A stretch of DNA of 64,000 nt from Tubiluchus corallicola. Taxonomy: Eukaryota; Animalia; Priapulida. Under the pieces are notes generated by a model that was not told where the DNA came from, searched no databases, and was given only the letters and a program-made list of their open reading frames with translations. Positions 1 to 13,600 of this stretch are shown one piece after another; position 1 is the stretch's first letter, and each line of letters starts with the position of its first letter. The translations under genes were made by a program, and so were the position numbers. The stretch is from positions 124,001 through 188,000 of the forward strand of contig JAQGDQ010000135.1 of assembly GCA_030141605.1 (NCBI GenBank). The letters run 5' to 3'.

Positions 1-181
1 CTACGTCTGTAGAAATATCCAGTTCGATGTCTGTTGTGTCCTGGAAATCCAAAAGGCTGTCTGTATCCTCCGTGGTCGTAGTATCCATAAGGATTGCTGT
101 ACACATCGCACAAAGCAATGATCGATGATATTGCCTGGAACAGACACATATAATAATTTTATGATACTTTTTAATGAAATT

Positions 182-217
<36 letters not shown>

Positions 218-1227
218 GACTATAAACATTATACAATGCATTAAAATCAGTCAGTGTACCTAACTAAAAATTTTACACTGTTAGCTGGCAAATGCGTCAA
301 GTGCTAGAAACTAAAACTACTGGTGAATGTAATGCATAAAACACAAGCTTTAAACAAACTGTAGCGTACGATGAAATGTACAAGCACAAGCGCGCTAATT
401 GCCAATATGATGTTGACAATGACAATAGGACATACACAAACATACACGATCATCAAGTACGCATTAAAATTGATGGAAGTTTATTCGACTTTATAATGAA
501 AATTTTTAATCGTGCATAGATTCAAGAGCTAAAAATAAGCAGCAAGCAGATGGCAAACAGTATGTTCTACTGAGACTTTCACATCAGTTTAACATTCACC
601 AACTAGCACCGTAACATCGCTTCGAAATGTTCTTCCTCGCAAACTGCCATTTTGGAATAAAAAAGGAAATTGATGCATCGACTGTTGCTACGTACTATGA
701 AGTAAAATAACTTCTTTAATAATTTTTAGTTGTCCTTAGATATCAGTCATTTCACATATTACAGCATAATAGTTCCAAAGTATTAGTTTTAGTTCCAAAG
801 TATTATTCACAGAATTAACAAAAACATTAACGCGCTGAGGGACATAGGTACAGGACAAAAGTGATGTATCTTTGCCGGAATATCATACTAGTATATCATA
901 AAAATGAGTTGACATAGAAGTAACAGTGAACTAAAAAACAAGAGCTATTGTTGGTCACTACAATAACAAGGCGTCTACTTTTCAGAATACCATAGTCCAT
1001 AAGAAGACCATATTTCCTCAAAAGACGTTTTTGCGGTCTTCACACAGGTTTTTAGGTAGTTTGCCAGATTCACAAAGCTTAATAGCCAGCTCATAGTGCA
1101 TTAGCAATCTTAATTGCATAAGTATATACAGTTAAAACACTTGTAGAAGCGAGGAATGCTGCAAAAGTGAAAGAAAAGCTATACGTACCAAAACGAAGAA
1201 AAAGTTCTTCACTTCTGTGAATTTCAT
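1..1227 (-). CDS. Secreted Gly/Tyr/His-rich precursor protein (partial; exons 1189-1227 and 1-134, continues off window)
   Basis: ATG at 1227 gives MKFTEVKNFFFVL, followed by donor GTACGT at 1188. Acceptor TTCCAG before 134 joins in phase 0 to AISSIIALCDVYSNPYGYYDHGGYRQPFGFPGHNRHRTGYFYRR. The joined N-terminus looks like a signal peptide and the frame is open to the window edge. Confidence 0.7.
185..214. repeat. (AT)n microsatellite
   Basis: Perfect AT dinucleotide run in intron 1 of the secreted-protein gene. Confidence 0.95.
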
Positions 1228-2115
1228 TGCAGTAATTTCCGCGGTTTCTTCCTGCCACTTCCTCCGCACATCATTCTCCTCTATCTTTAACAAGCTTCCC
1301 GTCAAATTGAATGTTTTCAATTCGTAACTTTAAACAATGACCAGAGTAGTTCGGCTCTGCGCGCTCATGTTAATATACTGTTCTTTTAAAAAAACTAGCT
1401 TGCGTGGTACAAATGTAAGTGATTGCCCATAGACAAACGAGGAAAACTCGTTTACCGCTAATTAAACTGCAGCAATTAAGGAAAATTATCCCGTTTACAT
1501 GACCTATATACGACCCCAGCCTAAATAAGCACCACAATGATGCTTTTTTTCTGCTTATACATTTACACCGCAATTCCCTATCGATTATACAACGAAATGT
1601 AGGGGAGTAGGAGAAGAATAGAAATTGGGGCGCATGCATGTAAATAACAGCACGCATTTTACTCTCTGTTTCAAGGACAATTTAGCAAACGAAAAAAGGA
1701 AAAGAGTTCGCAAACGCGTGTGAAAGAGGTGCATATTGAAGAAGCCCTGTACTCTAATAAACTACCTTATTTTGTTAAAGAAGAAGTTGGAGGTTTTGAG
1801 CAATTTTAGATTTCTGGCACCAGCAGTTTTACTAGCGAGATAGTAAGCCTATAATTATAATTATGTTTGTCACTTCAGTGTTTTCTCACATACGACAGTA
1901 ACTACGTCACGGACATTCTTCTGATAATTAATAAGCAAGTTTTTAGATCAAAGGAAATAATTACAAGGCTTCGGAATGCTGGTCTGACACTAGTCGCACA
2001 TGGCAAAAAATCTGTGTACAGCACACCGTGCGACGCAAAGCAAATCCCGCCACGCACACAAAATTTTCAGTATGCAATATAGGCATCTTTTGTACGATTA
2101 ACCACAGCTAACACT

Positions 2116-2137
2116 TACGTGACACGTGACACGTGAC
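2116..2137. promoter_or_regulatory. Tandem E-box/HRE-like cluster (TACGTG-ACACGTG-ACACGTGAC)
   Basis: Three ACGTGAC units at 7-bp period in a CpG-enriched stretch about 0.9 kb upstream of the ATG at 1227. Function is inferred only. Confidence 0.3.
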
Positions 2138-2336
2138 TGAATGATCGTTTTTTTATTGGTCTGATCACCTTTTTTTAGTGATGTAAACTGCGTGCACGCG
2201 GGAGCACGGTGAGTTTGTATGAAATTTAATCAAAACTCTATGTACCGCATGTTTATCAAGCGCGCAGCACACGAGCAAAATCTATATCGTACAATTTGTT
2301 ATACATGTATTTTTTACTCTATTTGCTATAACAGCA

Positions 2337-2383
2337 ATACTACTACTACTGCTACTGCTGCTACTACTACCACCACCACCACC

Positions 2384-2417
<34 letters not shown>

Positions 2418-2440
2418 TGATGATGATGATGATGATGATG
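2337..2440. repeat. Compound trinucleotide microsatellite (ACT/GCT)n(ACC)n(AAT)n(GAT)n
   Basis: Directly visible successive triplet runs. Confidence 0.95.
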
Positions 2441-3130
2441 AACAGAGCACAGAACGTGTAGTGATAAATGTTAAGAATTAATTATTGAAACTCTAAAAAT
2501 ATGAACTTGTGGTGGTGTGACAAAGGATTTTGATTTCAAGCAAGCAAACACACCATGAGAGACCTGCTCCTGCCTCCAACAAAAATATTTTGCAAAAAAA
2601 CCATCCGAGGGCAGTGGCATCCTCACCTAGGGCCAAACACCGTCATCATATTTTTTAAAACCGATAAAATTTGCAGCGTTTATCTCAAAAGCTGCAACAC
2701 CAAAGTAACTCTGCATGATGAAGAGATGTATCTGGTCATTATGCTTGTGTGAGGAATACCATGTCTTACAACCAAAATGAAAACATAGTACCATAAATGA
2801 ACTGTACTTTAGCAACATATTTATTGTTAATGCAAGAGCGAAAAATAAGCCATCAATAAACGAGTTTTCTTCTCACAAATTTAGTGCACTGTACCAAAAA
2901 ACGAGTTAACAAAACTAATATCTGAACTAGTGTCAAGTACAGAAAAACAATAGAATACACACGATAATTTAAAATTGAAACAACATTCTTACCAAAGTCT
3001 TGCATGTCATGTAATACAACAATGAACAAAAAATCAAGTATTTGGAGCAGACAAATGTACAACTACTATTTTTTAATGTATTTTCTAGCTAGTATATGCA
3101 TCCAACTACAGTACTGAACAATGAACACTA

Positions 3131-3229
3131 GAAATTTTTCTATTGAGTAACTGAAATTTTTCTATTGAACAAGTGGAATTTTTCTATTGAACAACTGAAA
3201 TATTTCTATTGAATAACTAACATTTTTCT
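3131..3229. repeat. ~22-bp minisatellite, about 4.5 copies (CTGAAATTTTTCTATTGAACAA)
   Basis: Repeated gaaatttttctattga units at about 22-bp period. Confidence 0.85.
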
Positions 3230-4612
3230 GCAGTTTGTGTCTGACTGAGTTACATAGGCTATTGACTAATCAAGAACAAAATAAATTAATGTGCGCTTAA
3301 AGACTATTTCACCTGCACAAGTATGTTTTATGAGTCTGTTATTCATGTGTAACCACCATTAACACTTACGAGCTATAAAAATAAATATATAAACTAATGG
3401 ACGATGCCAACAAAAAGATATTTCACAGTTAGGTAACAAGACAGTTATGCAAGTAGCACTAGCAACAATGTGGTTACTAGGATTATAGTTGCTTATTTGT
3501 TTGGTTTGCCAACTTTTGCAGTTAAAAAAATATTCAACCCCTTTAATCATTAAATATGCGGACAAGAAATTTCGTATTTCACTGCTGCACATTTGGCAGA
3601 ATGCCAATAAATAGTTTATTTCTCCGATTCATTACATGACTTTCCATTAGAATCTTCACCAGAACAGTAACAGAAATTAGTTAATTTAAAGCAATATTAT
3701 GACTATGTATGAATTGCACCATTTTTAACAATACCAAACTTTCCAAACTGTCCAAAAACATTACTAGTACTTTGTGATTTAAATGTTTAAACAGTAGTTT
3801 GAATAAGGTTTGTTAACCTCAATATTCAGAAAAGTAGTTGCTCGTTTAATAAACAACCAGGTTTAAAAAGAACCAGAAAGATTTTAATTACAACTTCTAA
3901 TTTAATCCCATTTCAACAATGCCTGAAGTCATTTTACCTCAAGATTACAATACATGTTAACAGAGGAAATGCGAAACTGAATGGGGAGTTAAATAGAAAA
4001 AGGGAAAACCTCCTGCTTATGAAACTAATTCTAGTATGAAGCACAGCTTTTTTTATTAAATATGATATGTAGCACGCTAAGAGAATGCAATAGCAGCAAA
4101 TTAGCATTTGCAGAAGAATTTATTATGCACATGCAAGTTAATAGTACTTAAGTTTTAACGACAATTCAAAAAGAGTTAACTTGTCAAGTGCACAGAATTC
4201 AGAACTGAAAACTAACACAACCCCGACCTTTAGGTAAGAAAACCAAAACAACCATTCTGCAAAGCTATGATTTTTAAGGTAATCTTATAATTTGCCTCCT
4301 TAAAACGTATAATTTTACATTTACAATTTTAACCATTTCAGTTTCTTATAATTTACAATTTTATCTAGTTACAGACATATAAGCCAAAGATTACTACATA
4401 AATTGCATGTAGACAGCACAACTAAGATTTTTGTTTGGCAGTTCTAGTACGAGACATGGCGTATGCATCCTGCTGAATCTAGGGCATGGTTTGTACACAG
4501 ACAAAGTATTTCGCACAATATTATAATTACATTTTACTGTATTTGTGTAGCCATCATGGTTATTCCCTAGTGAACATGATTCATGGCATTTCTTCTGGAT
4601 ACCACACATACA

Positions 4613-7600
4613 TCAGCAAGCAGGGAATGTCCTAAAAATACATTAAGGTGCTATTGACAGATATAAAGGTGAAGGATATAATACAAAGATGTGGTAAGCA
4701 AAACCACTTTGAGCAGCAAACTGCTATAATGCTAATTAGTTAGATAGTGCTCTCATTCATCACATGTGGATTTCATTAGCAGCCCAATAGCGTGATTTTG
4801 TTGAGGGCACAAATAGCTGCAGAAGGGAGGAATTGCAATCAGATCAGTGCATATCAAAATGTCTAAAATGATTAACACAATAGCTATTATATAAAAAACA
4901 CTAAATAAATAGACAAAAGAAACAACCAAGCAAACAACAACATCACATAACAACAAAAAAACGCAAGCTCAATTTATAATTCAATAACTTGAATAACCGA
5001 TATTGCATCAACACACTGAACTATAGTTTACAGATGGGCAATCAACATCAATGGGTTGTAAATACGTACATACATGGAATTTCAATGGTTCGCAAAGTTC
5101 AACCCCTTAATGCCTACATTCTAAATGTTAAGACAAGTTTTTAACAAAACTACCCTGATAACAATCTGCATATTAGTAATACTTATGTAACAGAAACAAA
5201 GGTTTAAGATCGAATGGTAAAATCATTGAAAACTATTCTAATAAACCGATTTGTATATGGTAAAGCTGACCCGACATGTTATTAATGTAATAAACAGAAA
5301 ACCACACAGAAAATTTAAATTACTTGTGTTGTTTTTATTTAAAGGGGAAGAAAAGGCTATTTTAAAGCATTTCCCCAAAAAAACTTCCCACACAGAGTCA
5401 TATTATTTTGTATTAAGCTCACCTGTTTGAAAGACGCATGTAATTAGAAAAAACATTTTTTAATAATGTAAAACATTTGTACCACCTGGTAAAATGGCGT
5501 AGCATCGTCACCTCAGTGTGCGCCACTATCTTACCAAAAACATATTATTTATGAAGAGTGTTTTCTTGTGATTTAAGTTTTATGTGTGACTCGCCACTTA
5601 TTATATCCATAAAAGCTCATACGTTTTAGTAGATATAAGTCTTTTAAATGAAAGTTGGCTGCTAAATTCAAATTATCTTTGCTATTTAAACAGACACATT
5701 ATAAATCTATGGATTTCGTATATAGTTTCACAATAAACTTACATATAATATGTGAAAAGTATATACTAAAGAAACTCACGGTGAAAAATTACTGGTCGGC
5801 TCAACAAATTTGTGGCGAACCATGAATGATGCCAACACATCAGCCAACTAAAACAGAACAATAGTTTACGCAAATTATGAAACAGACGCAATTATGATTA
5901 ATGTCCAAAAAATCTAGTAAACTCAAAATTTTAATACTCACGATCTAGTTAAATTTCAGACATTGACTTTTAGATTAAAAGATTTTTGCACAAAACTGTG
6001 TTCACAATAAACACAAAAACAAGAAAATAACAGCATTTATATAAAAGTTTCATTTTCAAAGAAAAAGTAAATGTGGAAATATGGAAAAGGAAAAAAAATT
6101 ATAAAAATAAACTTGAAGAGTATGAAAAAAGTTATAAACGAAGGATGAAACACATGTACCTTATCGGGACTATCCTCATGCACAGCATGACCAACTTGTG
6201 GTAAAACCTGGATTTGGAATTTTCCTGAAAATATTAGCAATTGGTTATAATCAACACCACTCTCATCTCACCCAATAATATCATTCTTGAAAACCAGCAA
6301 TTATGATGCAATGGTGGCAACAGCAGCAGCAATAGCAACACAAAAACAACAGCGCAACAACAATAACAATAACAACAAGCTATATAACCCAAAATTGAAA
6401 ACTACAGTAGGCACTGCTTAATAGACTCACTTTGGGACCGAAGTGTTTTGACCCAATTAACCTTCTGAACCTATTAACCCATGATTGTTGTACTACTGGT
6501 AAAGTATGAGTCGTCAGCTTACTATGCACTGCAAAGGTTTTTAATGAATTTTACAAACGAAGTAATGCCTAAACTCCTTTGTGCAGTTAAAAATTAGAAA
6601 AAATATTTTAAAATATTAATTTATATAGGTGAATTAGCTATAAATTAAAAAGTATGCTTTTCTAAATCACACACGTTGGTTGCTTCACTTTATAATTGAG
6701 TTGTGAGTTGTGAGTTGGCTCACAAAGTTCTCATAATGATAAAAACATTGCAAATCTGTTGTTTTATGATTTTTCACAAAGTCTCGTAAAATACTTAGTG
6801 TTCGACATGCTTTATTGTGGTGCCGGTGTTTCCCCCTTCGTAGCTTCATCTGTAGTTTCGCCTAAACTCCCGCTTGCTATTGTGATGCACTTACTGTACT
6901 GTATCTGCGTTCCTGACAGCAGCAACTAACTGATTAAACTTTCTGTCAAAGACAGCTAGAATTTCAAAAGCAAAGGCTAAGCAAGTGATTAAATGTTTAG
7001 CTTCTAGGAATTCTTGGGTAATGAGGTTAACTGCAGTGTACTGGCGGGTCAAAGCAAACCATTAGGCTAGTGTATTAGCTGTTTGATAAACAAACAAAAC
7101 GATACTTTAACATGTTTGTTTCCATGTATATTACAGGACAAAAGCAAACTAAGATGATATACAAATCATGAAAGCTTATTGGTCACACGAAAGTGTCTTA
7201 TTGAAGCAATTGGAGCAAAAATATTGAGTCAATTATGAGGAGTTATTTGAGTCTATTATCCACAGTTTTTGCACACATTTGTATAGAAGCGGCCCGTATC
7301 AGGCATTTTTGAGTCAATTAAGCGATTGAGTCTATTAGCCGTGAGACTATTAAGCGGCACCTACTGTATGTAAAACTAAACTTAAAATGAAGTACTAATT
7401 TAAACCAAGCAAAAATTAAAGGTAAAATGACAGTACCTTGCATTTGCCCAATGGTCAAGTCCTTGTCTAGTCGGTCCATTGCTGCGAGAACAAGCATTTT
7501 TGGAACACCACAAGATAGGAACATTTTGGAAAGACCTTGAAACCAACCTAGCCGAAAAAGAATTAGAAAAATTAAATTATGTTATTTAAAAACTTATTCC

Positions 7601-10600
7601 ATCAATGTTGGTGGTGCAGTAAATATATTATGCATAGATTAGGCAGCAATCTGCCTTCTTTTTTGCAGATATTCAGAAGTTTATTTTAGTCAAGTTCCTT
7701 GATTTTTGCTTAGTGCATTACCTACTACCTATGCTGTCAAATATTTCAAACTCTAGTTTTAGCGCAGTATCAGCAATTATAAAAATAAGAGCATAGTTAA
7801 GATGCAATTAATTAATTAGTGTGCAGTTTTAAAACATTCTTCCTGACAATAAGACAGGTTTCAATCATATCACAACCATCAATTTTAAGCAGGCCTACTG
7901 CTGAGTGCTAGACCAAACTTGAAAAGTGTATAAAATATGTACTAAACAAAGAATAAAAACAAAGATTGGAATTATGAAGAATCGTCATACGGAAAATGAA
8001 CTCACCAACCCAGAACTGTTCTGTTTTTGACAAATCTATTCGCCACACATACATGTGTGAAGGTTGCCTCTCTAAAATTTCTGAACTGGGAGATTTAGTG
8101 CACACAGGTTCTTCACCATTCTCACACTCTTCCTTTATAATATCACAGTTGTCTGCTGTGGTTCCACTGTTCTCCTCATGCAAATGTTGTTCCCGTTCTA
8201 CCTCGGTGCTGCCAAGTTCATTTGTGTCCGTCCTAAAATAAGAGCGCAAATGAATTCCATGACCAGTGACTTATTACGCAATTTCTTCTAATGCACTAAA
8301 GGCAGTCCTGAGATTATTAAATTAAATTTTGTTATTCTGATATCCCATGACATTCTTCTCAAACTTTCGTGTAGTTTGGAAATCCCTTACTTATTAACAA
8401 ATTTTGAAGTAGATATGCAGCAGTTTAAAGTGATAACAAGTAATTTAGTCTAACTGTAATATACATTACTAATATAATTATTACTACAAATATACTATAA
8501 TATTACTAATAACATAAATACATTATTAATTGCTTAGCTGTATTACAGATGTTAAAATACTTAAGGGAGTTGAGACTTTGGCTCTCAGTGCTCCTAATCA
8601 AGTTAGCATGAAGTGGATAATTACTTAATTATTTGTAACGTTCATTTCAAGAAAACTGCCTATAATGGTATGAATTCATGTTTATTTAATTTTGAAAGCA
8701 AAACGTGATTGAGAGAAAAAACTTTTTTGTGGATTCTCACTTTTACTTCAAAGTAGAATTTTACTGCTGACTGGTTTCGAACAATTAGTGTTCATGCGCA
8801 AGAAATCTTAAAGCAAGAAGTTATTTAATTTTAAGTAATTTATTTGAAGATGCAATTATACAATTTATAATTGGAAAGCATTGAAGGGAGAGCATTGAAA
8901 AATTATAGTTTTTAATGATTATGGTATGACAGCATGCATATATCATTACTGGGAAGAACCAGAAGTAAAACTTGTTAGGTGTTCGCGAAAATGTAAACAA
9001 ATCCAAATAATTGAAAAAAAGAGAGTAAAAAATGTAAGGTATTAAGCAATTTAAGAGCAAAAAGTGGTGCAAACAAGGAGAGAAGTGAAGCATTAAAGAA
9101 TATCATCAAGCAAATTGACCTAGCTGCAATGAGTTATTTATTTTATATAAATCATTAATATAGATTAATAAAAGTTCAGGTGAGAGGATCAAGCCTTGCG
9201 GCACTCTAATGTTTGCACTACTTGGGGTTGAGTTTTTGTGGCTATGCAATCCAAACTGGTTCTTATTTAGGATACCCATTTCTTTAAATAATCATCAAAT
9301 TGACTGCATACACATTTTTCTAACAGCCTTGAGAAAATCGATGTAAAGGATATAGCACTGTGATTCACTTACAGAAATAGTATCACCATTTTTAAAGATA
9401 TGTACAACTAATGATTATTTCATTAGGTTGGGGAATACTCCATAGCTTAAAGAGACATTGAAGATATGACTTAGATTGTTGAAAATAACCAGGCTGTAGA
9501 AACAACTTAGAAATAAAAAATGGTAGGTAGCAAAGAGTAATTGTTCGAACGGCAATAAAATTCTATTCCAATTATAGCTTGAAACATTATTGTTCAACAA
9601 CAAAGAATATATAATTAGCTATATTTTTGTCTTCGCGTTGATAGATTGTGTTTATTATATCAAGGCAGACACGCAGTTTGGTCTACAAGTTGGAAAACTT
9701 ACCTTACAATTTGACCGACCATGGACACTTTAGCCGACTCAAGATTCCGAACATGTCCACTACGCACACTTAAAAATTAATATACCAATTTAATTTAACT
9801 CACTGGTTTTATCGAATCACACTCATACAATGCAGTGAAGTTCTACTTTCAATAAAACTAGGTGAGGTAATGATTTTAAACACTCAAGCGAATGTGCAAG
9901 TTCATCATTTGTCAAATGGCTACCGAACTAGTTTTTCTTTTAATTTGGCTTACAAAAAAAACAAAGAAAAGATGTTTTAGCTGTCTGAGAAAGTACTACC
10001 ACGTACAGTCAAAATACACTAAGTACTAACCACCACTCAATGGCAAGTTCAAGGGATTTGAACTGAGTAGGGCGAGTCTGCAATAGCCTCTGCATTGACT
10101 TCAAAGCTTCTAAGGCAGAACCTAATTTGAAAAAGTTAGAAGGATAAGTTTGTTTAGCAAATACTAGAGAATTGATAATACGATGATTTTTTGCAACATG
10201 AGGTGCCACAACACAGCAAGCTAAAAATAAAAACAAAATTTTAAAATGCTGCAAAAAGCTCTTACACCTCATTATGCGCAGTAATGTTTTAGACTTGTTC
10301 TGAATGTTACATATAGCATAAGTTTGTTTCTTGAGCTGAAATACTGACAAAGTAATAATCATGCACTATTTCCATTGTTTGCAATAAAAAAATTTTGAAA
10401 AGAGTAATATTTAACATTCAAGTTCAAGTTTTTTAATACGACTGGAAAGTTTGCAACAGGTGTCAAGTTAATTATTGACAAAATTTTGATCAAGTAATTT
10501 AACTAGGCAACTTTGAATGATTTAAGAACATTTTGATTAATCTGTCACAAGCAGGTAATGAAGGAGTTCACAATTCCCCACACAATTTAAATACCCTAAC

Positions 10601-13600
10601 CCTAATCTTAATCTGCTTCATGAACTAATTTCTTGTATATGGGGTATTGTAAACTTTAGTCGCAGGTAATTTATACGTTATTAATAATAGACAGAGACGT
10701 ATAGACTAACAACATCACAAGAAAATCTAGAAATCATATAGATAAAAACAGTGAAAATGTGAGCACTAGTGGTGGAGCTGATTAATTTATTTAACCAATT
10801 ATAATTAATTTGGGTTTTTATTTCCTATCATCGATTATTTTTTCAGCTGCCAAAGCAAATCGATTGCACTACCAATTCCATGTTGCACTTATTTTTTGGA
10901 AAGTGCCGAAATCAAGCAATATGGCACCACTTTTTTGCAGTAACTTATCACCCTGGTGATGCTGCTTAGACAAAATGGTTTCTCATAAGCATGAGCACAT
11001 TGTTTCTATAAATGAAAATAAGTCAGTTTTGCTGGACAGTTTTGTAAACAAAAAAAAATACACTTGTTCAAAAACTCAATATTCAATGTTCAAAAGTCAA
11101 AAGTTCAATACATTTGTATGTATAGACATTTCAGCAAACATTGAAAAAACATAATTATTAACTACAACATACCTTCAACAACATCAATTACAATGAGCCC
11201 GATCAGAGAAGGTATTAGTTCCTTATAAGCTGTTTGTACAGCAATCGCTCCACCCATACTAAAAACAAAACCGATAATTTGTACACAAAATATATTCCCT
11301 GACAAAGCATTACGAAGAAAAACTCGTGGGCATAATTGTAAGTTACAAGTGGTTGCAAAATGGTAACAAATTTCTGACAATAGCAGCCCATGTATTGTAG
11401 ATTATTGAGTAATGATTTACACATAACAAGGTGAAGGCACTTGAACATTAAACTGCATATTTCAATTTACAAGCAAAAACATTAAATAATTCAGGAAAAA
11501 AAACAGAATCCACCAACCTGTTACTAAAAGAGTAGCTTTAAACCACTGAATTTGAAATACGCAGAATAAATCCTTACATGCATTCGTGGCACAATCCTTC
11601 AACACACATAAATTAATTGCTATGCTGGTTTCGAACTAAAAATAATTTTTGCAATTACAATTCATGATGAATGAAATGAATATGGCACATTACCTGTGTC
11701 CAATAAGAATAATTTCTGGTGGATCGTCCCCATACAAAGTATTCACAATATTGCCGACATCACTGAAAAACGATGTGGAATGTGTTAGTGTCTGCATGTG
11801 TAAGCACATTACTATAAAAATAAACTTAGGCATATTGCTCTCTGTTACACAAGTAAAAGGTATTTTAGATGGTGGCGAGTACTATATCTGTGAGTATGGG
11901 CATCTGGCAATAGAGTGTGGATTACATTTTAAGGATTTTGAATTGATAAGAATAACTTTTTGCAAGAATTTAACGACGGTTAAATAATTAAATTTTAGTT
12001 ACGACTTTACTGTTCCTCTCATTAAATACAATATAATGAAATATTAATTGGAGCAAATGCCATATTTTGTGATCAAATTATGCCCTTAGCAACTACAGGT
12101 CAACAACAGCAAGCTGATGAGTAACTGCCGACAGGAATGTTTCAATGTCGTTTCACATATCTTATCGATGGAAAATCTATATGCATCTAAGAAGTCCAGT
12201 CATTTCAGTGTTCAGGCCTTTGCTTTGCCTTTGTATGCACAGACATTAGCATTAAAAGCTGCATTTAATTTCGCAAAGAAATCGCAGATAAGCAGCAAAT
12301 TTGAAAATTTCAGAGGTTATCACCAAAAGTAAGTCTTGGAGGAAGCAAGTCGCGAATATTTTTCCATTCTCCAATTAATCACACTCAATTTCACGAAGAA
12401 ACAACGGAGAGAATTAACCCCCAAAAGAACCCCCAACTAAATGGAGAAAGTTGAGAAAGACTGTCTGTTACTGTACCCATAATTCTCCAGTGTACACGAC
12501 TACCAGACCTTACTGAGATCCAATCACTCATTACAAAGCCCCAGCAGTTTTTATGAAAAGTGTAACAACAACAACAACAACAAGGCGAGTAAGTACTTGG
12601 CAGTCCGTGCAAAAAAAAATGGAGATTACCTGGTTAGTCTCTCTGCACTGAGATCGGTATCATCGGTCGTATGCGTATCGCCATGGCCTCTCATATCCAC
12701 AGCAACACATCGACATGTCACAATATGAGTCAGAGCTTTCTACAAAGCAATGCAGTATTAAACAACACTGGAAATATTTTCGTTACTAAAGAACTAACAT
12801 AATTACCTAAAACCAAGAGTCTAACAATCAGGTAAATTTATTTACACTTTGTTATGTTATTGATGCACCTTCGGTGTTATAACGTATTATAACATGTAAC
12901 ATATAAGTTATTACGTATCTAAACACAATTGCACAAACAATTAATCATATCACACTTTCACTCAGACATGCCATCTTTATTAGTCTTGACATGCTAATAA
13001 TAATACGTTTATTTATCATCATTACAATGAAAAGGTTGAATTACACTACATATAAAATTAAAAAACATAAAATTTTCAAAAGAATTAGAGAGTGACCAGT
13101 TAGCGAGAATGAATTCCTAGGCAAATTAGCGCAATGTTAGTATGATGAATGATGGTGATATCGTCAGATTCACAACGACAAAAAAGCATCACTTAAACCA
13201 GGGGTGTGCAAATTGCGGCCCGCGGGCCACTTGCGGCCCGCCGAGAGAATTTGTGCGGCCCGCGAAGAGATTTGTCGACCTAATAAAAGTGCGGCCCGGG
13301 CGATTAATTGAGTGTATCCAGCTGAAGTCCGTGCCACAATCCCAAAGATAGTGCGGGTAGTTTTTTCTACTAGATCGGATGCCATTAACCCTTACAAGAC
13401 GGTTGTAGCTTAATGTCACTGTACTTCACAGACTGTGTGATACAAATTACTAATATGCATTGTAATGAAATTACCACTATCTGTCCTGAAAGTAGAAATA
13501 TGTGGTTTGTAATATAAATTTTAATAACTTTTAAAATAGTTTCTTTAGTGTAGTAGTAATGATGTACGCAGGTCGGATGTGAAAAAAATCGTTATTAGTC

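Noticed and set aside
2219-2461. ORF with poly-T/poly-N/poly-M runs
   Set aside because: Translation of a compound trinucleotide microsatellite; no other coding evidence.
3131-3229. Short regular repeats superficially like a CRISPR array
   Set aside because: Head-to-tail minisatellite with no unique spacers, no cas genes, and a eukaryotic context.
13142-13419. Three overlapping GC-rich ORFs
   Set aside because: They overlap the left end of the hAT MITE; the GC-rich subterminal repeats explain the open frames.
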